Positions 1 to 11,584 of a DNA stretch of 64,000 nucleotides are shown piece by piece (position 1 is the first letter of the stretch; every line of letters begins with the position of its first letter). The notes beneath the pieces are model-generated. The model was not told where the DNA came from, did no database searches, and was given only the letters and a program-made list of their open reading frames with translations. This DNA comes from an uncultured Actinomycetota bacterium (GTDB lineage: Bacteria > Actinomycetota > Actinomycetes > JACCUZ01): assembly GCA_963794995.1 (NCBI GenBank), contig CAWCFV010000002.1:3021556-3085555 (forward strand). The letters run 5' to 3'. The position numbers and the translations under genes were made by a program.

Positions 1-68
1 GGTAGTCCCGGACGGGTACTCTCGGGGGCGCACCGGACGTGACGGCGCGGCGACGAGGTGGCGGCGCC

Positions 69-1812
69 ATGTCACACGCGGTCCACGACGACGTGTCGGG
101 GCCCGCCGCCGGGCCGAGTCGCAGGGAGTCGTGGGTGGACGCCGAGCAGATCCAGCAGGGCCGGGAACGCTGGCAGCACCGGTACGACGCGGCGCGGGTG
201 CGTCAGGCCGACTTCACGACGCTGTCCGGCGTGGAGGTCGACCCGGTCTACGGTCCGGCGCCCGGGGACGTGGTCGAGGGGTTCGAGCGGATCGGCTGGC
301 CGGGGGAGTTCCCGTTCACCCGCGGGCTGTACGCCACCGGCTACCGCGGGCGTACCTGGACGATCCGGCAGTTCGCCGGCTTCGGCAACGCGGCCCAGAC
401 CAACGAGCGCTACAAGATGATCCTGGCGGCGGGCGGTGGCGGCCTGTCGGTCGCCTTCGACATGCCGACCCTGATGGGCCGCGACTCCGACGACCCGCGG
501 TCGCTCGGCGAGGTCGGGCACTGCGGCGTGGCGATCGACTCGGCGGCCGACATGGACGTGCTGTTCTCCGACATCCCGCTCGGTGACGTGACGACGTCGA
601 TGACGATCAGCGGGCCGGCGGTGCCGGTGTTCTGCATGTACCTGGTCGCCGCCGAGCGGCAGGGCGTGGACCTCTCGGTGCTCAACGGCACCCTGCAGAC
701 CGACATCTTCAAGGAGTACATCGCCCAGAAGGAGTGGCTGTTCCCGCCGGAGCCGCACCTGCGGCTGATCGGCGACCTGATGGAGTACTGCGCCGAGAAC
801 ATCCCGGCCTACAAGCCGCTGTCGGTGTCGGGCTACCACATCCGCGAGGCCGGCTCGACCGCCGCGCAGGAGCTCGCGTTCACCCTGGCCGACGGCTTCG
901 GCTACGTCGAGCTGGGCCTGTCCCGCGGCCTGGACGTCGAGCGAGTTCGCGCCGGGCCTGTCGTTCTTCTTCGACGCCCACCTCGACTTCTTCGAGGAGA
1001 TCGCCAAGTTCCGCGCCGCCCGGCGGATCTGGGCCCGCTGGCTGCGCGACGTCTACGGCGCGAAGACCGAGAAGGCGCAGTGGCTGCGCTTCCACACCCA
1101 GACCGCCGGCGTCTCGCTGACCGCCCAGCAGCCGGACAACAACATCGTCCGGACCGCCGTCGAGGCGCTCGCCGCGGTGCTCGGTGGCACGAACTCGCTG
1201 CACACCAACGCCCTGGACGAGGTGCTGGCGCTGCCCAGCGAGAAGGCCGCCGCAGATCGCGCTGCGCACCCAGCAGGTGATCATGGAGGAGATCGGGGTG
1301 GTCAACGTCGCCGACCCGCTCGGCGGCTCCTGGTACGTCGAGGCGCTGACCGACGGATCGAGGCCGAGGCCGAGGAGATCTTCGCCCGGATCCGGGAGAT
1401 GGGCTCCGACGGCATCGATGACCGCCGGCATGCTGCGCGGCATCGAGGACGGCTGGTTCATGGCGAGATCGCCGAGGCGGCCTTCGTCTACCAGACGCGC
1501 GCTGGAGAAGGGCGACAAGAAGGTCGTCGGCGTCAACGTGCACACCAGCACCGTCGAGCGACGCCGCTGGAGATCCTGCGGGTCAGCCACGAGGTCGAGC
1601 GCGAGCAGAACCGCGTGCTCGGCGCCCGCCGGGCGGAGCGCGACGACGCCGCGGCCCGCGCCGCGGTCGCGCGGATGGTCGAGGTCGCCCGCACCGACGA
1701 GAACATGGTGCCGGCGATGCTCGACGCCGTCCGGGCCGAGGCCACCCTCGGCGAGATCTGCGACGCCCTGCGCGCCGAGTGGGGCGACTACCGCGAGCCC
1801 GCCCGCTTCTAA
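69..1812 (+). CDS. icmA: B12-dependent acyl-CoA mutase large subunit, isobutyryl-CoA mutase (IcmA) type; frameshifted in this sequence
   Basis: Motifs [46 protein letters not shown] and [11 protein letters not shown] are present. The C-terminal part ([19 protein letters not shown]; [14 protein letters not shown]; [11 protein letters not shown]) lies in other frames. There is no fused B12-binding domain. Confidence 0.85.
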
Positions 1813-1820
1813 CCCTCCCC

Positions 1821-1884
1821 GTCGAGTGGCGCGAGTCGGCTGCCAGCCGGCTCTCGGCGGAGCCGACTCGCGCCACTCATCGAC
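1821..1884. repeat. long inverted repeat (REP-like or terminator) downstream of icmA
   Basis: GAGTGGCGCGAGTCGGCT (1824-1841) is the exact reverse complement of 1861-1878, with a 19-nt spacer. Confidence 0.8.
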
Positions 1885-1932
1885 CACGAGGGCGGGTCGG
1901 CGGCATGGCTGGCTGTGAGGGAGGATGGGCCC

Positions 1933-2857
1933 ATGTCGCAGTCGCGCTTCAACCCGTACGGCGCCGTCGACCTCGCGGCCCTGGCCCGCCCCGCCGCACC
2001 GCAGGGGCGGCGACGGCGCCGCGGCCGCGACGACGGGGTGGCTCGGTCGTCGACGTCACCGAGGCCAACTTCCAGGCGGTGGTGCTCGAGCAGTCGCTGA
2101 CGGTGCCGGTCGTCATCGACTTCTGGGCCGACTGGTGCGGCCCGTGCAAGCAGCTGACCCCGGTGCTCGAGCGGCTCGCGGCCGCGCGCCGAGGGCCGCT
2201 GGCTGCTCGCGAAGGTCGACGTCGACGCCAACCCGCAGATCGGCCAGGCCTTCCAGGTGCAGAGCATCCCGGCGGTGTTCGCGGTGGTGAAGGGCCAGCC
2301 GGTGCCGCTGTTCCAGGGCGCGCTGCCCGAGGCCCAGGTGCAGCAGTACCTCGACGAGCTGCTGCGCGTCGCCGAGGCCAACGGCGTGACGGGCCGGCTG
2401 ACGGACGTGCAGCCGCCGGCCGAGCCCGAGGCCGAGCCCGCGGCGGACCCCCGCTACGACACGGCGTACGACGCCATCGAGCGGGGCGACCTCGACGCCG
2501 CGGCCGAGGCGTACCGGTCGCTGCTCGCGGACGACCCGACCGACGCCGACGCCCAGGCCGGGCTCGGCCAGGTCGAGCTGCTCGCGCCGGACGCAGGGGG
2601 TCGACGAGAAGGCGGCGCGCCGCCTGGCCGCCGAGCGCCCGGACGACGTCGCGGCGCAGACCGCGGTCGCCGACCTCGACCTCCTCGGCGGCCACGTCGA
2701 GGACGCTTTCTCCCGGCTGGTCGACCTCGTCCGGCGTACCGACGGCGACGACCGGTCCGCCGCCCGGACCCACCTGGTCGGCCTGTTCGAGCTGGTCGGC
2801 AACCAGGACGAGCGGGTCGCGAAGGCCCGCACCGCGCTCGCCAACGCCCTGTTCTGA
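1933..2857 (+). CDS. thioredoxin-domain + TPR chaperedoxin (YbbN/CnoX-like); frameshifted
   Basis: [18 protein letters not shown], then [25 protein letters not shown], and the C-terminal helical LFELVG...[10 protein letters not shown], spread over several frames. Confidence 0.8.
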
Positions 2858-2885
2858 GCGACCTCACCGGACCGGACCGGCCCGA

Positions 2886-2938
2886 CATGGCGAAGGCCGC
2901 CCGCTCCGGCAGGGGGGAGTGGGCGGCCTTCGGCCATG
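2886..2938. terminator. bidirectional GC-rich hairpin between convergent ybbN-like gene and small peptide gene
   Basis: CATGG-CGAAGGCCGCCCGCTCC pairs with GGAGTGGGCGGCCTTCG-G-CCATG, with one G-T pair, one bulge and an 8-nt loop. Confidence 0.65.
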
Positions 2939-2963
2939 GAGGCTCTGAGGGGGGTGCTCGCCC

Positions 2964-3035
2964 CTAGACCAGGAAGATGATGAGCAGGATCACGGCGATC
3001 ACGAGCGCAGCGATGGCGATGGTGCGGGTGTTCAT
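2964..3035 (-). CDS. 23-aa hydrophobic single-TM peptide MNTRTIAIAALVIAVILLIIFLV
   Basis: ATG at 3035, TAG at 2964-2966, GGAG ribosome-binding site 5 nt upstream. Third codon positions are almost all G/C. It is below the ORF-track length cut-off. Confidence 0.6.
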   Translation of the reverse strand: MNTRTIAIAALVIAVILLIIFLV

Positions 3036-3248
3036 CAGGTCTCCGATCAATCGGGGCAGGTTCTGGAACTGCTTGTCTCCTCGCTCCCGCCCGGCAAACG
3101 TCCTCGCGACCGCTGCTCGTGACCGTCCGGCTCGTCGACCCGGGGGTCGGTCTCAGGGACTCCCTGACCGCCGACCCGGGGGGCGACAGGGGGGCTGCCA
3201 GGGTCGGGCCCCGATGCGCGGGCGCCATGGCGCGCCCAGGCTCGAGAC

Positions 3249-3990
3249 GTGCACCTCGTCGACACCCCGCCGCCCACCCGGCCGCGCGTCCTGCTGGTCG
3301 AGGCCGTCCTGTTCGTCTCGGGGGTCCTGGCGTACTTCCTCACCCGCGGAGCGACCGAGACCGGCTACCCGGTCGCTGCCGGCAACGCCGACCGGCTCGT
3401 CGGCGTCGAGCGGCACCTGCGCCTGGACGTCGAGGCGTGGGCACAGGGTCTCGTGCTGCCGCACGACGCCGCGGTCACCCTCGCCAACTGGGTCTACATC
3501 TACGGGCACTGGCCGGTCATCGCCCTGGTCGGCTGCTGGCTGCTGTGGCGCCGGCCCGAGACCTACCGGTGGATGCGCACCGCGATGCTGGTCAGCGGCG
3601 CGATCGGCGTCGTGGTGTTCATCGGGTACCCGGTGGCGCCACCGCGACTGATGCCGGACCTGGGGGTCGCCGACACGGTGGCGGAGCGGAGCGCGGCGTA
3701 CCGGGTCCTGCAGCCACCCTCGCTGGTCAACCAGTTCGCGGCGCTGCCGAGCCTGCACGTCGGCTGGGACCTGCTCGTCGGCCTGGCCCTGCTGCGGGCA
3801 GGCACGAGCCGCGCGGTGCGGGTGCTGGCGGTCGCCGCCCCGGTCGCGATGGTCCTGGCCGTCGTGCTGACCGGCAACCACTACGTCCTGGACGTGCTCG
3901 CCGGCCTCGTGGTCGCCGGGACCGGCGCGGCGGCGGCCACCGTCTGGCAGCGGCGGCGGGCCGGCCGCAGCCCCGCGCCGACGGGTCAGG
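3249..3990 (+). CDS. PAP2-superfamily membrane protein (AUR1/IPC-synthase-like); 3' end uncertain (computed ORF reads on to 4181 into glgB)
   Basis: Multiple TM segments, [21 protein letters not shown] and TGNHYVLD motifs. Confidence 0.75.
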
Positions 3991-6246
3991 CCGGTGAGTG
4001 CCGCAGCCAGACGGTGCCCAGCGGCGGGACCCGCAGGGTCGCCGAGGCGGGCTGCCCGTGCCACGGCTCGCCGGCCGCCTCGATGCCGCCGAAGTTGCCC
4101 ACGCCGCTGCCGCCGTACGTCTCGGCGTCGGTGTTGAGCACCTCGTCCCAGCGGCCCTCGAACGGCAGGCCGACCCGGTAGCCCTCGTGCGGCGTGGCCG
4201 AGAAGTTGGCGACGCACGCCACGACCGAGCCGTCGTCGCCCCAGCGCAGGAACGAGAACACGTTGTTGCCCGCGTCGTTGGCGTCGATCCAGGCGAACCC
4301 GCCGGGGTCGCTGTCGCGCGACCAGAGCGCCACGGTTCTCGGTGTAGACCCGGTTGAGGTCGCGGACCAGGGTCTGCACGCCGCCGTGGTCGGAGGTGTC
4401 GAGGAGCCACCAGTCCAGCGACCGCGACTCGGCCCACTCGGACTCCTGGCCGAACTCCGAGCCCATGAACAGCAGCTGCTTGCCGGGGTGGGCCCACATG
4501 AAGGCGAGGTAGGCGCGCAGGTTGGCCAGCTGCTGCCAGCGGTCGCCCGGCATCTTGCGCAGCAGCGAGCCCTTGCCGTGGACGACCTCGTCGTGGCTGA
4601 TCGGCAGGACGTAGTTCTCGGAGTAGGCGTAGACCATCGAGAACGTCATCTGGTGGTGGTGGTACTGCCGGTAGATCGGGCTCGTTGGCCATGTAGCCCA
4701 GCGAGTCGTGCATCCAGCCCATGTTCCACTTGAAGCCGAAGCCGAGGCCGCCGAGGTGGGTGGGCCGGGTGACGCCCGGCCACGCGGTGGACTCCTCGGC
4801 GATGGTCATGATGCCCGGGCACCCGCTTGTAGACCGTGGCGTTGATCTCCTGCAGGAACGACGACCGCCTCGAGGTTCTCGCGGCCGCCGTAACTGGTTG
4901 GGCACCCACTCGCCGTCCTCGCGCGAGTAGTCGAGGTAGAGCATCGAGGCCACCGCGTCGACCCGCAGGCCGTCGATGTGGAACTCCTCGAGCCAGTACA
5001 GGGCGTTGGCGACGAGGAAGTTGCGGACCTCGGTGCGGCCGAAGTCGAAGACGTAGGTGCCCCAGTCGAGCTGCTCGCCCCGGCGCGGGTCGGCGTGCTC
5101 GTAGAGCGGCGGTGCCGTCGAAGCGGGCCAGCGCCCACGCGTCCTTGGGGAAGTGCGCCGGGACCCAGTCGACGATGACGCCGATGCCGGCCTGGTGCAG
5201 CGTGTCGACGAGGTAGCGGAAGTCGTCCGGGCGAGCCGAAGCGCGAGGTCGGCGCGAAGTAGGACGATGACCTGGTAGCCCCACGAGCCGCCGAAGGGGT
5301 GCTCGGCGACCGGCAGCAGCTCGACGTGGGTGAAGCCGAGGTCGCGACGACGTAGTCGACCAGCTGGTCGGCCAGCTCGCGGTAGGACAGCCCCTGCCGC
5401 CACGAGCCGAGGTGCACCTCGTAGACGCTCATCGGGCGGGCGTGCGGGTCCTGCGTCGCGCGGCGCTCCAGCCACTCGTCGTCGCCCCACTCGTAGTCGA
5501 CGCGGTGACGACCACCGAGGCGGTCGCCGGCGGGCACCTCGGTGGCGAACGCCATCGGGTCGGCCTTCTGCCGCCAGACGCCGTCCGGCGCCGAGCACCT
5601 CGAACTTGTAGCGGGCCCCGTCGCCGACGCCGGGGACGAACAGCTCCCAGACCCCGGTCGAGCCCAGCGAGCGCATCGGGTGCGCGCGGCCGTCCCAGAA
5701 GTTGAAGTCGCCGATCAGCCGCACGCCCTGCGCGTTGGGCGCCCAGACCGCGAAGGACGTGCCCCGACGGTGCCGGCGAGGCTGTCGTACGTGCCGGACG
5801 TGCGCGCCGAGCACCGTCCACAGCTCGCTCGTGCCGGCCCTCGCCGATCAGGTGCAGGTCGAGCTCGCCGAGCGTCGGCAGGAAGCGGTACGGGTCGTCG
5901 ACGAGGGTCGCCGGACCGTCGTAGGTCACCTCGAGCCGGTAGTCGGGGACCTGTGGCCGCGGCAGCACGCCGACCCAGACGCCGTCGCCTCGTGGCGCAT
6001 CTCGACGCGCTCGTCGCCCACGGCCAGGCTGACCCCGGTGGCCCACGGGCGCAGGGTCCGGATCGTCACGCCGCCGTCGTGCGGGTGCGGGCCGAGGACC
6101 GAGTGCGGGTCGTGGTGGATCCCGGCGACGAGCCGGTGCAGCACCTCGTCGGAGGTCGGGGCCGCGGCCGGGCCGGTCACCGTCGGGGCCGGGGGAGTCG
6201 TGACGGACTTGCCGGTCGGGGTGCCTCGGGGCGGGGTGGTGGGCAT
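3986..6246 (-). CDS. glgB: 1,4-alpha-glucan branching enzyme GlgB (GH13); multiply frameshifted
   Basis: [65 protein letters not shown] and [12 protein letters not shown] occur in successive frames. GAGGAG RBS precedes ATG 6246. Confidence 0.9.
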
Positions 6247-6251
6247 GCTGC

Positions 6252-7688
6252 TCACTCCTCGGTCGCGGCGAGCCTGCGGATCGCTGCCATCGGGATCTGC
6301 AGCCAGGTGGGGCGGTTGCGCGCCTCGTAGACGACCTCGTAGACCGCCTTGTCGGTCTCGAAGGCCCGCAGGAGCACGCGGTTGCGCTGCGCGGGTCGAC
6401 CGCTCGCCGCCTTGGCGTAGCCGGCGCAGAAGGCGTCGCGGTTGCGCTCTGCCCACTCCTGCGCGCGGTAGTCGCGCTGCGCGTCGTCGGGCTGGTCGAC
6501 GAGCAGGTGCCGGGCGGCGTAGTCGAAGCGAGCGCAGCATCCCGGCGACGTCGCGCAGCGGGGACGTCCAGCTCGCGCCGCTCGGCCAGCGGCCGTGCCG
6601 GCTCGCCCTCGAAGTCGAGCAGCTATCCAGCCCGTCGAGCGTCCGCAGCACCTGGCCGAGGTGGAGGTCGCCGTGCACCCGCTGCACGCACGACGGGCTC
6701 GTCGAGCGCGGCCACCTGGTCGAACGCCGCGCGCAGCGCCTCGGCGTGCGTCGGCCAGCTCCGGCGACCTCGGCGGCCGCCCGGTCCAGCCGGCCGCTCA
6801 TGCCGCTCGGCCAGGGCGGCGAGCTCCTTGCCGCTCGGCCGGCCCGGTCGGGCAGCACGCCGGCCAGCGTCGGCGTGCACCGCGGCGGTGGCCGCGCCGA
6901 GCCGCTCGGCCTCGCCGGCGAAGTCGCCGCCCACCTCGTCGGCGTGCAGGTCGGCCTCGGCGTAGAGGTCGCGGACGCTGGTGGGCGCCAGCTCGCCAGC
7001 CGTCGGTGGCGCTCGTGAGGAACGTCTGCAGCATCGCCAGGCTGGCGGTGACCTCGCTGCCCTCGGCGTCGGCCCAGGTCGCCCTCGACCCAGCCGAGCG
7101 GGGCCGGCGATGTGGGTGCTCCCGGCCGCGGCCAGGGCGTCGTGCACCTCGATGTCGGGGTTGAGGCCCGGCTCGAGCCGGCGGAACACCTTGAGGATCG
7201 CCGTCGTCGCCGTAGATCAGCGAGGTGTTGCTCTGCTCGCGCGCCCACGACGATCGACGGGCCGCCCGGCGGCAGGTCGTCGGCGGCACGGGTCGCGGTG
7301 GAAGCGCTCGAGCCCGACCGGTGACGCCTCGCCGGAGATGCCGGCGAGCCACAGGACGGTCGACGTCCTGTCGTGCAGCGCGTCGTAGACGTGCCGGCGG
7401 CCGCCCTCGGCGTCGGTCTCCTCGCCGACGAGGGCGTGCGCGAGGTGCTCCTGCGCGTCGCGGTACGCGACGAGCGGCACCTGGTAGGTCTCGGTCTCCC
7501 CGTCGTCGTAGGTACGCACCGGTGACGCGACGTCGGATGCGCACGCTCGGCCGACCAGGTCGTCCCACCCGGCTGGCGACCGCCGTGCGACCATGCCACG
7601 ATCGGCCGGCCCTTGCCGGCGAACCACCGCTGGTGGCCGAGGTAGGCGGTCAGGTCGACCCGCCGCAGCTGCGACCGGCCGCGGCGCA

Positions 7689-7689
<1 letters not shown>
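6252..7689 (-). CDS. mak: maltokinase (Mak/Pep2); multiply frameshifted
   Basis: YLGHQRWFAGKG, EQSNTS, VFRRLEPGLNPDIEV, RVHGDLHLGQVL, PLRDVAGMLRS and DKAVYEV. Position between treS and glgB fits. Confidence 0.85.
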
Positions 7690-9429
<1,740 letters not shown>

Positions 9430-9433
<4 letters not shown>

Positions 9434-11436
9434 TGGGTCGCACCGACCTCACGGCCGCGTCGCTCGACGCGGAAGACGTGCGCCGGCTCCCGGAACGGGT
9501 CCAGCCGGACGTAGTTCGCCTGCCCCCAGACGTAGGCGTCGCCGGCGATCTCGTCGTGCACGGCCATCGTGTCGTCCCACTCCATCCCCAGGGCCGGCAT
9601 GTCCAGCCGGACCGTCGTCTCGCGGGCCCCGTGCGGATCGAGGTTCACCACCACCAGGACGGTGTCGCCAGGACCTCCGTCGCTGCCGGTGACGGTCTTG
9701 GAGTAGCAGATGACCTGCTCGTTGTCGGTGGGGTGGAAGTGCAGGTTGCGCAGCCGCTGCAGCGCCGGGTGCTCGCGACGCAGCTCGTTGAGCCTGGTCA
9801 GGTACGGCGCGAGAGTGCGCCCCTCCGCCTCGGCCGCGGCCCAGTCGCGCGGGCGGAGCTGGAACTTCTCGGTGTCGAGGTACTCCTCGCTGCCAGGCCG
9901 CACGGCGACGTGCTCGAACAGCTCGAACCCGGAGTAGACGCCCCAGGTGGGCGAGAGGGTCGCGGCCAGGACGGCCCGGATCTTGAACACCGGCGGGCCG
10001 CCGTACTGCAGGTAGGCGTGCAGGATGTCCGGGGTGTTGACGAAGAAGTTGGGCCGCATGTAGTGCGCCGGTCTCGGTCGGACAGCTCGGTGAGGTACTC
10101 CTCGAGCTCCCACTTCTCGTTGCGCCAGGTGAAGTAGGTGTAGGACTGGTGGAAGCCGACCATGGCGAGGGTGTGCATCATCGCCGGCCGGGTGAACGCC
10201 TCGGCGAGGAAGAGCACGTCGGGGTCGGTCTTGCGCACCTCGCCGAGCAGCCACTCCCAGAAGGCGACCGGCTTGGTGTGCGGGTTGTCGACGCGGAAGA
10301 TGCGCACGCCGAGGTCGATCCAGTGGCGGACCACGCGCAGGACCTCGGCGTAGATGCCCTCGGGGTCGCGGTCGAAGTTGACGGGATAGATGTCCTGGTA
10401 CTTCTTCGGCGGGTTCTCGGCGTAGGCGATCGTGCCGTCGGCGAGCTCGGTGAACCACTCGGGGTGGCTCGTCACCCACGGGTGGTCCGGGGTCGCCTGC
10501 AGGGCGAGGTCCAGGGCCACCTCCATGCCCAGCTCGGTGGTCCGCCGCACGAAGTCGACGAAGTCGGCCTCCGTGCCGAGGTCCGGGTGGATCGCGTCGT
10601 GGCCGCCCTCCGGCCCACCGATCGCCCACGGTGACCCGACGTCGTCGGGGCCGGGGGTGAGCGTGTTGTTCGGGCCCTTGCGGTTGCTGGTCCCGATCGG
10701 GTGGATCGGCGGCAGGTAGACGACGTCGAAGCCCATGTCGCGGACGGCGGGCAGCCGCTCGGCGGCCGTCCGGAAGGTGCCGGACCGGAGCACGCCGTCG
10801 GCGTCCGGCGCGGGCGCCCTCGGAGCGGGGGAAGAACTCGTACCAGCTGCCGTAGAGGGCGCGCTCGCGGTCGACCCAGAGGGGCATCCGGTCCGTGCTC
10901 GAGACCAGCTCGCGCAGCGGGTGCTCGCGCAGCGTCGCGAGGACCTCGGCGGCGTCGGCGGCAGCGAGCCGGGCCGGCACCGGCCGGGAGGTGTCGCGCA
11001 GCGCGGTGACCGCGTCGAGCAGCGCCCGCCTGCCGGGCGCCGGGCGGGACGCGGCGGCGGCCCGCTCGAGCACCCGGGCGCCCTCCTCGAGCATCAGCTC
11101 GACGTCGACCCCTGCGTCGATCTTGATGTCGGCGTCGTGGTGCCAGGTGGCGACCGGGTCGCTCCACGCCTCGACCGCGAAGGTCCACCGGCCCTCGCTG
11201 GTCGGCGTCACCTCGGCCGACCAGCGGTCGGTGCCGGGCGCACCGGGTGTCATCGGGGTGTACGGGCCCTTGCGTCCCTGCGCGTCGCGCAGCACGACGT
11301 TGGCGTTGACCATGTCGTGCCCCTCGCGGAACACCGTGGCCGAGACCGTGAAGGTCTCACCCACGACAGCCTTGGCCGGCCAGCGGCCGCAGGCGACGAC
11401 GGGCTGGGGGTCCAGGATGGGGATGCGTCCGATCAT
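9430..11436 (-). CDS. glgE: alpha-1,4-glucan:maltose-1-phosphate maltosyltransferase GlgE; two compensating frameshifts
   Basis: [66 protein letters not shown] and [12 protein letters not shown]. Confidence 0.92.
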
Positions 11437-11584
11437 TGGGCAGGAACCTACCCACGCGCGCGCTCCCTGCACATCGGGTGTCCGGTCGGCGGCGCCCCGC
11501 CCGACCGGTGCGTCCGCACCAGAGGACGTCCGGGGTACGGGCAGGCGGGCCGCCGGCCCCGGTGGGGCCACTATCGTGCCGCCG

